Positions 38,166 through 50,718 of a stretch of DNA of 64,000 nucleotides are shown piece after piece. This DNA comes from Ophelia neglecta. Its lineage: Eukaryota. The stretch spans positions 71,796,001-71,860,000 of the forward strand of contig OZ260665.1 in NCBI GenBank assembly GCA_965285935.1, in the 5' to 3' direction. The notes below the pieces were generated by a model that saw only the letters and a program-made list of their open reading frames with translations, was not told where the DNA came from and did no database searches. Position 1 is the first letter of the stretch, and each line of letters opens with the position of its first letter. A program made the position numbers and the translations under genes.

Positions 38166-41148
38166 AGCAGTGATTTCGACTTTGAACCTACAACCGTGCG
38201 GTTCGCTTTGTGTATCTCATACTACTAGCACCATGGTCTCACCTGTAGACTTGTCAAATTTGCTGGGAGACCCACTGCTCTAGAAACTTAGGGACACACC
38301 ATTAGCTACCTTGGTGAGGATTGGGGTGGCGTGAAGATTTTGGAAAATATGTCTGTCGACCGTGAGCATCTCATTGCTGACGGGATGGCAAAAAACTAGA
38401 ATTAACCCTTTTCCTGACAGGCAATTTTGAAATGTAGGGATTGTTCATTATTTATCACGAGGGGGGGGGGGGGCGAACCAGACAATTGAAGTTAAAAATT
38501 TTCATTACCCGAACCCCCCCCCCCCCCGTAAAATGATGCTTTAAAAACGACAATTTTGTTGCACAAAAATTACTGCACATGCTGTACGATTAGGAGTGTG
38601 TGTGTGTGTGTGGGGGGGGGATAAAGTTTAGAAAGACTCACCCAGACGCTTCATATTCCAAAACAAGAAATTCTATGTGGCAAAAATTAAGTAAATCCAA
38701 ATCAAAGATTTGCCTGGAAAAAAAAACAGCCACAGCGAGGAAGGACTACTAAGGTCGACTCAACCTTGGGGTGGGCGACTCACGGTCCAGGGTGGTCCAG
38801 CTACGGTTACAAATTCAGAAAGATTAAAACAATTTGAACCATGCACTTTAAGCAGTCACTTCATTTTGGAAAATAAAAGCAAGTAAGATAATTTTATTAA
38901 CACGTACCTGCCCTGTACAACCAAAAAGGGTGATTCTGTTTAAAAAACGATACACGCAAAGGTGCAAAGCCCCCTTGAAATGTCGCACTAACGTCATGGG
39001 CATACCTTTTAAGCTTAAAATTGAATGGAGCAAGAAAAAAATACCCAGATTGAAATGAAATATAATAGGCCTAATGGAATGAACTTTAATAATGCGGTAA
39101 TGTGGGGGAGCTTTCTATGCAAAGGGGTGTAATCCAAAGTTTTGATGTCAGGCATGTAGGCCTAATACTGGCGTGCACGAAGACAACGGGGCACCTTGTA
39201 CCCTTGTTGCTTATAGTTCAGGCAATGGTTTGCTGGTCAAGTACGAAAAGTTAAAAGTTGAGAGTTGTTGCACACCTTGATTTGGAGTCAAAGTGCTGTT
39301 TAGCCGTACTTTCGATGTTAACCTTGATGTCTGCCCCAGCATGATACTCGAAAAACAACATCCAGATGGGTCAGGAAGGCACATTGAAACCCTGTCAAAT
39401 GAAATGTCTTGCCATGTAACTTGTTTATGGTCAGTGGTTGGAGGCACCACAGTTGTCTGACTTGGCACTTGGCTTGATTTGATTTGATTTTATTCCTCCA
39501 GCATTGGAGAGCTATCGAACAAATACATGCATAATGAAAGTGAAAAAACATAAAGGCCTATGATTGACATAAAAAAGGTGAATTCTATATAATAGTATAA
39601 TAGACACACTTTTCTACAAAGAGTAGGTTAAAAAAATTCGACCGCAAGTGCATATACGGTATGCACCATTCCGATCTATAACACTACAGATGCCTATATG
39701 TACAGCTAGCCTCCATGCGGCGTCCCTTGTAGCCTACATGAGAGGACGGAAATTGCCAGAAGGGCATACGACGCATAATCACACTCCATTGTTAGGCTAC
39801 TGCGCGGAATAAGACGATGCGGAAAACTGCTTGCATTTTACTGTGCCCGGAATAAGCCGACTTTTTGCGCGCAATATGCGCTGCATCAGCCGGCTTACTG
39901 CGAGGAATTAAACCATGTACGATATCACCCGACTTCTGGCCTATAACGTGTTACGCGTGTTAGTGAATTAGTGACCAAGTGCCTGTTTGTATCGATGTGA
40001 TTTTACTGTATATAACTTATCTGATTATCGTGTATTATAAAATAAGAATTGTAGGGTCGAACTGTTCCCATTGTAACTTATTTCAACTTTGGGCTGGAGA
40101 GATTTTGCCAAGAGATTAGGGCTAATAACTTTAATCCGCCCTTTTACTATTGTAGCTTACTGCCGGCTTATGGACCAGGTATAGTCGCTAATCCCTCTGT
40201 CACAAATACAGAAAACTTCACCTAGCTGCAACAGTTGATACTTGCGCTGCTCGCTTATTAACGAAGTCAGTTTATGTTGGAATAGCAAACTGCGTTGTTA
40301 TATTTGTAGCAAATTTTTTCATCAAATATTAATTTGACTACAGCAAACTTTTATATAAGGAACGACGGATTCGCCTGTAGCTTCTGGTCATGTAGTCCAG
40401 GTCTCTTATCTCGGATATACTTTGTGGCGGCGATTGTATTATACAAATTCAAGACCTGATTGATTTCAATTCAACGGCTAACTTGGACTGGTGTTTAACC
40501 ATTCGCTATTTAGCTAGAGAATATTCCCGGAAAAAATACTGGCAATGAATTGGGAGGAAGCGGCTGATATCGGCAGATGTTGATTAAACACATTCGTTTA
40601 AACTTCCGAGGAATTACGGCGATAACCGAAAGTAGGTTTACCAGTAAGTATACGTCTGAGGAGAAATATGATAATAGTTAATATGAAATTTCATTAATTT
40701 TTTGGTTTGTTTTATAGTTTAATGAAAATGAAGTAATACTTTTGTACATCTGACTACCATATGCCTGTATTTGCATTTCTTTGTTACGATACACGCCATT
40801 ATTGTGTGTCATATATATGTGATATTGTCCGGTTTATACCACCTCAATTCGATCTAAAGGCCTACATCTCATACTGATAGGCACCATAAGGTATCGGTTT
40901 TTTTTTGTCACAGAAAAGCTACTTGCTCATATACTGTGCACTACCTGAAGTAGAGGGCAGTGTCTCTAAAAAAAAATGGTAGCAATATGTCCAGAGGAGC
41001 AACCAGGGAAAATGAAGTTATAAGCAGCGGCATTGTTTAAATAATTATAACGCACCAGACAACTGTAAAAAAAAATTGAAATACTAATTACTGGGTGGTT
41101 ATAATAGTGTTCAAATCAATTATATCATTCCTTAACAATGATGGCAGG

Positions 41149-41372
41149 TAGCACCAACAGTAGACTGCCTTGATAGCACCAACAGTAGACTGCCTTGATA
41201 GCACCAACAGTAGACTGCCTTGATAGCACCAACAGTAGACTGCCTTGATAGCACCAACAGTAGACTGCCTTGATAGCACCAACAGTAGACTGCCTTGATA
41301 GCACCAACAGTAGACTGCCTTGATAGCACCAACAGTAGACTGCCTTGATAGCACCAACAGTAGACTGCCTTG
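41149..41372. repeat. 25-bp perfect minisatellite (TAGCACCAACAGTAGACTGCCTTGA)n
   Basis: About 9 identical copies, no spacers. Confidence 0.97.
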
Positions 41373-41460
41373 GGTTTTTTTCTTCCCCCCCCCCCCCCTC
41401 TCTCTCCGATTCGCAGGTGCGCAAGGCGCTTGTCCGCTACTACCTATACTTTAACTGCTG

Positions 41461-41832
41461 TGTAGGCAGGTGAATCTCACGCCTGTTATAGTAGTTTTAT
41501 TGTTGAATAGTTTGGCCGGTAGGCGAGGTCAAACACGACCCGCCAAAATTGCTTTGTGTAACCATGTTCCCGCCAGGTGTGGTGTCGCTTAACATTGTTT
41601 TACCTGAGCGCGGTTCTTAAATTCACTCTCTACCTGATAGCCGGGCACTGCACACCACGGAATCTCTCATCGTTAAACAACGTACATATAATGTTTTCTT
41701 CTACAGCCTTATGATTATATTTTGTATCAATTACGTTACTATCATTTCGACAACTTCATCTGTACTTAAATTGCCATCCTACGCCATGAAATAAAGTTAT
41801 GCTTTTAACCCTGGATACTTCTCATTACTACA
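41461..41832 (+). mobile_element. 5' LTR of second Gypsy element
   Basis: TGTAG...CTACA termini, AATAAA near 41790, followed after 3 nt by a PBS-like sequence and then pol remnants. Confidence 0.65.
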
Positions 41833-41835
41833 AAA

Positions 41836-41848
41836 TAGCTCCCCGACG
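41836..41848 (+). other. Candidate primer-binding site complementary to tRNA-Asp 3' end
   Basis: TAGCTCCCCGACG vs TGGCTCCCCGTCG expected from eukaryotic tRNA-Asp(GUC) (11/13). Confidence 0.5.
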
Positions 41849-41849
41849 A

Positions 41850-43330
41850 ATAGAATTTGACTTTGACATGGTAAGAAAGGAATCGGCGTTGCACGAGCAC
41901 TGTGTTAGCAACTTTCTTGATTGATTTTCGGCCACTAGCAGAACAACTCTTCTTCGGCGAAACACCAACCGCAGCTTTCACAGCTTTCGGGCAATCCCGG
42001 CCAGCTTCGTGCCGCTTCGCTCAACAGGACTTTTCGACCAGCTGTGGGCTGGGAACCAGCGAAAAGTTGCTTCATCACTGGGCTACTTCCTCTACTGCGC
42101 ATGCTCGGATTTTCCATTCCCTTCCACCGTAAACAATACAGGATATTTTGGCGATAAACTCTCTTCAGTAAACACCGACATATCACAATTTAAGCTCTCT
42201 GCGGCAAATGGACTTGCAATCCCGTGTGTCGGTATAGTTACATTGGATTTGCAAGTGGGTGACGCCATCTTTCCTGGTCAAGTTTTCTTGGTAGAGGATG
42301 ACACTGAGACCCAGAATGATGGGCCTGGTGTAACTATTGGCTGTAACTTATTCAGACAGATGGCAACTCAGCTGTTAGATCTTAGCAATATACCCCCTGC
42401 ATGGCAAACTTTTGTTTCTTTATTTGTCCCATCTTCCTCTCCTACCAAATCCAGTCTGGTTAGAGTTGGGGCTGAACCTGAATTTATCCCGGCCAATTCA
42501 ATGAGAGTTGTTTTCGGCCGCACTAGGTCTCTCCCTAAAGGAAAAAGAGTCGAGGGATTGGTTCAAGCTTCAAACGGCAATAACGGATGTTTACCCCGTA
42601 ACATAATGGTAGTTGATACTCTTACTAATGTTCAGAACCAAAATGCTGCAGTTAGAGTGGTTAATATTAGCAATCAAGATATTTGGCTTTAACTGCAATA
42701 GAGATGTTTTTGCTCAAGAAGGGGAACAACTTACAAAAACTGACCAAGTCACCCATAGAATTCATCTCAACGATGACAAACCTATAAAATTACCACATAG
42801 GAGAGTTCCTCATCTCATTCCCGAGGTTAAGGAACACCTTGACAATTTGTTGAAGGCTGATATAATCAGGCCTAGCTCAAGTCCCTATGCGGCTCCTGTA
42901 GTTTTGGCACGCAAAAAGGACCAGAGTTAACGCCTCTGCGTTGACTATACAGATTACTCAATGCAAAGACCATCAAAGACGCATTTCCTCTACCTAGCAT
43001 TGATGAAGTTTTAGACACACTTAAGGGGTCAAAATTCCTCTCTACTTTGGACTTGAGCCAGGGCTATCACCAAGTTCCTATGGAAGAGAGTGATATACAT
43101 AAAACTGCTTTTAGAGTAGGAACTGGAAATCTTTATGAGTATCTCCGTATGCCTTTTGGATTGGCAAATAGCCCTGCCACTGATGGAAACATGCTTTCAC
43201 GATCAGAACTTCACAATTCTCATATTCTTTCTCGATGATATTTTGGTGTATTCGAAGGACTTTGACTCTCAAATGCAGACTTCAACAAGTAGTTAGCCTT
43301 CTAAGAAAAAAACAAACTGAAATTCAACCT
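41850..43330 (+). mobile_element. Truncated Ty3/Gypsy internal region (protease, RT)
   Basis: LSAANGLAIPCVG...QVFLV...TIGCNL (retropepsin C-half); IIRPSSSPYAAPVVLARKKD, LDLSQGYHQVPM, KTAFRVGTGNLYEYLRMPFGLANSPAT, FLDDILVYS; frameshifted, ends after RT core. Confidence 0.92.
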
Positions 43331-43960
43331 CTTATTAGGTGGGTCATAAAATATGCCATCTCCTTTGGAGAGGGGGGGGGGGGGGGAGAGGATAATACAC
43401 ACTATACTGGGAGGGGGGGGGGGGCACATTATAGGGGGTCGAGAAACGCCAGAATAGAAATATTTTCGCGCGAATTATATTTGTATAAAGATAATGTTGG
43501 AAATTTGTTCATAAATGGTAAATTTTGTGGAAAATGCTGATTTTGCGGAATTTGTTTGTTTTGTACATCAATAATGACCGCCCTCTTTCACCGCATTGGC
43601 GCTGGCGTTGTTCTCCATATCACATGCCGGGGAAGTCAGTTCAAGTTGAGAATCACTTAAATGTGTTGAAAAAAGATTTGGATGTGCTGGTGCTGGGACT
43701 GATGGTACTTTAGTCCAAGTTAATGTGATCGGGCTATATATTTTAATGTGATCGGGCTCATGGGCTATGTACCGCCTATAGCGTACATTTCTCAACCAAT
43801 TTCTATAATACTTAGCCTTAAATTATGATACACCCTAATGCTGGGAGGATTCGATTAGATTTTAGATGACTTGACCCACACTAAACCTACGCGTGTGTGA
43901 CCTAAATAGTCCTAGTATTTTTCAATATACATATATGATATCTTTTCAGTGGCTACCACC

Positions 43961-45016
43961 ATGGCGATGAACAACGACACATTCACTGGGTTAGAAGTGG
44001 TGGGTTCTAGCAGCTTATGGCTGGATATCGTACCAAAAACAGCAATTAGCTTTGTCGTCTTGGCTACTCTGGTTATCATAGCATTGCTCGTCTCTAAAAG
44101 TTTGGAGACCATGACCGAAAAAAGAGAAGACTCGGACAGCGACATGAGCGAATTCACTCGGAACCTGCTCCGTGTCAAAATTAAACTAATTTTCGGCGCT
44201 CGTCTTTTCGGTTTTGGCGTTCAGAAAGGGAAGAAGCGAAAATTGACCAAGGACGAAAAGAAAGCTATCGCCATAAAGTTAGCCAGACAATGGCGAGACT
44301 ACGTGAGAAAAGTTAACAAAGAGAGAAATAATTCAACGGAAAGGGGAATAACAGGGTCGCCATGTTCACGGAGTAAAATCAGCGGAAAGGAGGGTGAAAG
44401 GACGAGGCCATTAGTCAGCGATACTCAAACCCCAAACAGTGCTGGCAAACAGCAGACAGTGAGTACCACGGTGGTGCAGATTGAGAGCCCGAACAAGACT
44501 GGAAGTAATAAGGCGAATGCCCCGCGAGCTACCGGACGTACGACAGGTGGTTTGCAACGAAGCACACTGACACGTGAGCATACTCACGACGGTGACTTCG
44601 TCGCCATCGAGCTCACAGCTCCAGATACACTACTGACTTCTGGCATTAAAACTCAGCCAGGAACCACGCCGCCCACGTCTTCCCGTGTCCAGATGAAAGC
44701 GGACAAAGCAGGCGATAAGGACAAAATCAGCATTCATTCCGATTTCTCATCAATCGTTTCGTTCGACAAGGATTCTTCCGAGAGTGAGGCGTCAAAAGGC
44801 AACCCGGACACGATATGTAACGTCAGATTAGATGACAAGGAATCTTTTACTTTAAGCACGGCAACGAACAAAAAGTCTGAAGAATCCGCAGAAATAATGC
44901 AAAAGTACGTGAGACCTGTGACTGCGTCGGCAAGTCGTCCTATCACGGCAGGGGGACGACAGCCCGTCAACAAAGGAGGCCGAAAATGTCCTCCCGCCTT
45001 GATGGTCTCATCGTAG
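43961..45016 (+). CDS. Uncharacterised 351-aa single-pass membrane protein with long disordered tail
   Basis: 1056-bp ORF in AT-rich background; acceptor CTTTTCAG just upstream, strong Kozak ACCACCATGG; N-terminal NDT sequon, hydrophobic TAISFVVLATLVIIALLVS, basic helix, S/T/K-rich tail. Confidence 0.8.
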   Translation: MAMNNDTFTGLEVVGSSSLWLDIVPKTAISFVVLATLVIIALLVSKSLETMTEKREDSDSDMSEFTRNLLRVKIKLIFGARLFGFGVQKGKKRKLTKDEKKAIAIKLARQWRDYVRKVNKERNNSTERGITGSPCSRSKISGKEGERTRPLVSDTQTPNSAGKQQTVSTTVVQIESPNKTGSNKANAPRATGRTTGGLQRSTLTREHTHDGDFVAIELTAPDTLLTSGIKTQPGTTPPTSSRVQMKADKAGDKDKISIHSDFSSIVSFDKDSSESEASKGNPDTICNVRLDDKESFTLSTATNKKSEESAEIMQKYVRPVTASASRPITAGGRQPVNKGGRKCPPALMVSS

Positions 45017-47656
45017 CAGAAACAAGCCACACTAGCACCTGCCGATATACAAATATTCTCCTCAGTGAATATCGAGTCATTTTGAGGTTGATCTGGTGTT
45101 CCTATTACCATAAGTGTACATATTAATATTTATATACATTGAAAAACAGCAAACTCTCCTTTCAAGCAATGCAGTAAGAGTTTTTTCGTGCTGAGTTTTG
45201 TCTTGGAGTCCACGCCTGATGGCCAGCACTCTATAGATGTGCCGAGATATGTATATCAAGATTAAGTTACTGAGATTGTGAACTAATTCCTTCTAGTATG
45301 TGGTTTTATTGTTCCCGGACAAACTTTGCTTTCAGGAAAGAGGTTTTAAACCCCGGTTTATTCAGGGAGCTTGTCTGCTCGCGCGGACTTGGATAGACCT
45401 ATAATAAGGTATATAGCTACGAATCATTAAACCAGTTACATGTATATACATGCACTCCACCAAGTCGTTGACACAATCCACGAGGTCACTGCATCATGTC
45501 TAAATGCATGTACCCGTGTTCCGTCCACCATCGGGTACATAAATCAACATTCAATACTATTATTCAAGACTATAATATATAATATATGTTTCTATATTTC
45601 AACCATTTTATCTTTATAAGAAAGCCCTGATTAAGGGTACCTTTATAATTTATCAGAGATGTCAAGTAACTATAAGATGTTTTCAAATGTAACCTATATG
45701 AAAAAAATGATCAGACTGTGCTAGTGAGTTGTCCTAATTATAGGTCTACTGATATATGCCTATACCGCTAAGAAATGCTATGGCAGTTCTGAACATAATA
45801 ATTACAAAATGATTATAGTAACGTACAATGGTATGCATGCAGTGTCTACTTCGGAATCTTTAGAAAATACGTTGACTGTGGCCTACGAGAATGTGATTTG
45901 AGCTATTTGACAAGGAAAACGCACAACAGGTCAAATGAGAGAACCCGATAATATAACCAAAATGTGGCTTCCTATCAGCTTCCTGTTGTTATAGTTATAT
46001 TTCTGATATTTAAGGCTGAAATTTAACTCTCAGATAGTTTACCTTGAACATGTAGTTCCACGTCAAATCTGAAGACACTATTGAATTCAAAGCCCATACT
46101 TTTCTATCGACTCTCCATAGTAATTTCAGGTCCAAGAATTAACTATTTATTTTTTAATGGCCATAGCAACTAAATATGTTCGGAGGCTGCTTAAAAATAC
46201 CAGACGTACTAGACATTGGCATATTCCAGCTGCGCAAAATACAGAATAAAAAAACCGCCACAAGGGTTATGATTTTATCTCACGAAGAAGGGATGGGACG
46301 TTGCTCCAGATTTTCGCATATAGTAGCAACCAGACAAATACAGGATACAAAGAAATGCAAGGAATGTCTATATGTCGCGCGACTGAGGAATGTGAATGCC
46401 AGACGTAAGACGACTGTCCCCGCGGTTCAATGAAAAACAGATTGTTCCCCTAATACATGCGGGGAAAGGGAGACCAACATATAAGAGCGGCCCGAGACCC
46501 GTTCACTGCAGCGCCCCCCCCCCCCGCCATTTCCAAATACTTTACTGAGGACCTCACTCAATAGAACCTTCCATTTTAGGTTGAAAAAATATATACGATC
46601 CCTGTTTACTATAATGTTTAATCGCCCCATAGATAATTTCTGTTTTTATATTCATAATTACATATCCGTTCGATTATATGTTTGCATACATTCCATTGCA
46701 AACCGCTGTTCAATATTATTTTGATAATTGCGATGTAACAAGTGATGAATATTTTGACCTCATACCTAAATGATTCACTGATCCCTGTCGAATTGCATAA
46801 ACGGCGTGTTCCAAAGTATGAATATTTCTTTATTTCTTTATGAAGAAATTTCGTATTGATTGCACACGTATATTGCTTGTCGCAGAAAAAAAAGTTATTA
46901 TATATTAGCATCTTCTGTGTACCTTTTTAGCCATGAAGAACTTCTGGTCACCATCCAAAACAAGTTCTGTATTTTTTATTTAGAATTGTGACTCCATCCT
47001 GATTCCTGTCGAATGCAAAACTATGAACTCGATCAAATAAAACGGGAATAATGAAAACTGTTAAGTTGTGCTAGTTATCTAGTTGTATCATCAATGTCAA
47101 GTGTGAGGAAAACTACTAAAAGTAAGTTTTCTATATGATATAGGCCTACTGTCAAGCAATATAAGCAAAACTGAGGCTAGCATCTTTGTGACAGGGAACA
47201 AAAGCAACGTGGAAAATGAAGACACCTGTTATCAAGGAATTATCCGTATAGCGCCTTCCTCAGGCTTAAATTGAAAATGAAGACATATAGATTAATCAAC
47301 TATTTACCAAAGGACTATTGGCGTAGCAGTTAAAGCCTTTAACAAAGGCAGGCACTTGTGATATTCAGTAGAAGCCATGTTTCCTACATACCAATCAGCA
47401 ATAAAGTGTCTTTTTTTATATTAAGCTATTCAACAGGAAAGATTATTTAAATGCCGGTGTAAAATTCCCATGACATAACGTTGTCATCGTTGTACATGTT
47501 AGTGATTGTGTGATCTCGCTGCTCATGGTGGTGAATACAGCTCATCCTTACATCTTGAAAAAGGCCAGGTGGCCGAAAATTTGATGGTAATATGAGTGTT
47601 TCATTGTTTTATTATCTATCACTTCCCTACGGAGGACTTTAAAGAATCGTATTTTT

Positions 47657-47709
47657 ATCTATATCTATATCTATATCTATATCTATATCTATATCTATAT
47701 CTATATCTA
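47657..47709. repeat. (ATATCT)n microsatellite
   Basis: About 8 hexamer copies. Confidence 0.95.
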
Positions 47710-50338
47710 AATATTATATGCTGCTTTTTATTATTACCAAATCGCTCAGAGCGTTTGAAATGATGAAAGTTACCCTCCCCCCCCCCCCCTCCCCCGCCGT
47801 CTTTTCTACTAATGCCATTGTAAAGACGGTATAAAAGGCCATTGTACCATCTGTACTATTGAAAGCACGGACGAAAAATGGCGCGCACACATATCAATCA
47901 TTCATGGCCGATACTTCGGTACAGAACATTTGCAGTCCCCGGCAAACAAATTCACTGTTCAGAGCCTCGCATTGCGCGTGCGCCATGTGCGGTGTCTTTA
48001 CTCAATGTGCAGGCGAGATGCCGTCAACGGGCGCAGTGGCAGACAAGATGTAGATGGGCGAGCATTCAGTTTTTCTGCTATCGAAGGTCTATGTTTGAGC
48101 CCTATGGTATAGACATGTCGTTGAGAGGTCACGCAGCCTGCCTGACTGGAGCACTCGAACGCTTCCTTACATTGCCAGGGGAAGGAGGAGTTCTTCGTTT
48201 ACTTGGCTACGTCACTGTAGGTAGGACTATGTAGGAGTCTTTGTAGCTCTTTGTTATTGTCTGTACATCATATAGCCTCAAATGTCAACAAACTGGCCCC
48301 GGATAAAGACAGCATGTGTCAAGGGGCTCGGTCACCATGGCTGAACCATGGTGACAGCTTTGTCCATTCAGCAGGAGATTGAGTTTTAGCACACCGTAGG
48401 AGATGGAATGAATTAAAGCCAGAGATTGCCGGCCAGGTACGTTGCGTATTCTGTGATCAGGCGGTGATAAGGCAGAGTTGGCGGCGAGCCTCAGTCGCCG
48501 ATGGTCTGCAGAACTCGATCGATTTGAGCAAGGAACCGTCGGGACCAAAGTCAACTGTGCAGTGGGAGAGGTCTGGCAGGCTACGTCATTTGGAAGGTCA
48601 AAACGTCATTACACAGGTGCCCGTGGCATTTTCGGGTACATATTGTTTGATATATTGGACGCTGCATATTAAAGCTTATACGTTAGCCACAGCACCTTAT
48701 AACATTGTTAGTAATCGTAACATTAAATGCCAGATCTTTTTCTGAAGCAGTGTCTGTGTATGATTTACCTTACTGTACTTTTCGGCTCAGAGATGTTTTC
48801 CGTCATTTCGCATCCGTTTTACACACACTTCTGTAATAATCTTCTCATAGCCAACTGCCACTACTGACGCCTGATGTATTGCAAATGTATTGGCAGGATT
48901 GCAAGAACACATGCATTGCGGAGCAACTAACTACTATAACCCCGCCATAGTACAAGGTATACGTAACACGGCAATAGCTGAAATAGCTGGCACTGGAAAG
49001 GTAAAACGACAAACCTGGGTCTGTTATTAAGATTCTATATGGCAGTGTACCACAGCCATAGTGCTCAATGTTGAAGCAATATTAGCTACCATTACATAAA
49101 GCTCATACGAAGCTCCCGAGCAGCTCTAGCTGTGGTAATAACAAAATACTGAAAATAGTATCCAACGATGTGCATGTCATGACAATATCACCACATATAA
49201 AGATTACTAAATCATTGACGGACATTGGTACAAATGAGCAAAGGGATTAGTAATGTTTTGCCGGGCAGAAAGGCTGCCAGAATTGGAAGAGCTATAGACA
49301 CGATTATTCCTCTCTTGGCGCACTGAGCTTTTCATTTACATGCTATTAAAGATATGCGTGCAGATGCAACATTTGATCCCTGCTGAAGCAAACAATTACC
49401 TATTGGAAGCGGTCCTAATAAACTCGAAGGCAATTGCTTATGCATGATGCATCTGTTTAGTTGTGTGCGTCTGTTACTAAAGGGACGGATCCTAACTAAC
49501 GATGGTGCGGGGTTGGTGTAGGGGACGGGGTTGGAGGGAGGGGAGGGGGGGGGGGGGGGGCTCCAGACAAGTTGCTATGAGTATAATAATGCGAATTCAA
49601 AAGCTCCTTTAATTGTTATATTAAAGTTCACTCTCGCATCGCGGGCTTTCAATCGAGAGCAAGCTTAAGTCTTATATATATAAAAGGCAATACAAGTCTC
49701 AAACTGATACACAGTGCATATCCGCGGTCGTTGGACTTAGTAACTGGCGCGCGGGTTAATTAGAACCTGGCTAACACGATCATTTTGGTGGGTGACATTA
49801 GCGAGTTTTAGGCCGTTTTTCTAGATTTCAAAGTGCATACTGAGACTCAGGCTAAGGAACCGTATCAGCCCTATAGAACGATGATCTAATGACACGAATC
49901 TTTTAATAATTCATTTTGCCCTTTTTGGTTTCTGCACATGGGCTGCAATAGTGTTACTTAAAAGCGTGATGAGAGTATTAAATTTATAAAGCATATAGCT
50001 CAAGATTATAGCAAATCACGACTAAGTGGACTTGAAAGATCGACATTCACTCGGTTTGTATATCTTTCGGATAAATATGTTTTCAGTACTATTTTAGAAT
50101 AAGGTAACATAAATGTATTATTTAAATGTACTACAAAATTAGTCATATATACGTAAAAATATAGACGTTTAAATTAAATTTGGACATAAAATATAAAGAA
50201 TTCGGCAAAAACCTAGCAAATATAATGAAAACTCAAGGGGCCCGACCTCAAAGGTATAAGCCCAATCAGAATTGTGTTTAAAAAACATTAGATAGGACTT
50301 CTGTAATCATCTTCTCGTGGTACAGTATATGTCATGTT

Positions 50339-50718
50339 AGAACCAGTGTCAGTGTGCCTGCCTCCTCCAAGTGGGTCAGAACCAGTGTCAGTGTGCCTGC
50401 CTCCTCTAAGTGGGTCAGAACCAGTGTCAGTGTGCCTGCCTCCTCCAAGTGGTGTCAGTGTGGCTGCCTCCTCCAAGTGGGTCAGAACCAGTGTCAGTGT
50501 GCCTACCTCCTCCAAGTGGGTCAGAACCAGTGTCAGTGTGCCTACCTCCTCCAAGTGGGTCAGAACCAGTGTCAGTGTGCTTACCTCCTCCAAGTGGGTC
50601 AGAACCAGTGTCAGTGTGCCTGCCTCCTCCAAGTGGGTCAGAACCAGTGTCAGTGTGCCTACCTCCTCCAATTGGGTCAGAACCAGTGTCAGTGTGCCTA
50701 CCTCCTCCTAATGGGTCA
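50339..50718. repeat. 39-bp minisatellite (AGAACCAGTGTCAGTGTGCCTRCCTCCTCCAAGTGGGTC)n
   Basis: About 10 copies, one carrying an 11-bp deletion near 50452. Confidence 0.95.

Noticed and set aside
39211-39551. Short minus-strand ORFs upstream of SPMIP2
   Set aside because: No motifs, no consistent splice chain; chance ORFs
41088-41424. Repetitive ORFs over the 25-bp array; CRISPR-like periodicity
   Set aside because: ORFs are by-products of a stop-free repeat unit not divisible by 3; no spacers
44734-45111. Antisense ORFs over the 351-aa gene (and 52748-53089 over GPRIN)
   Set aside because: Shadow ORFs of real coding sequence
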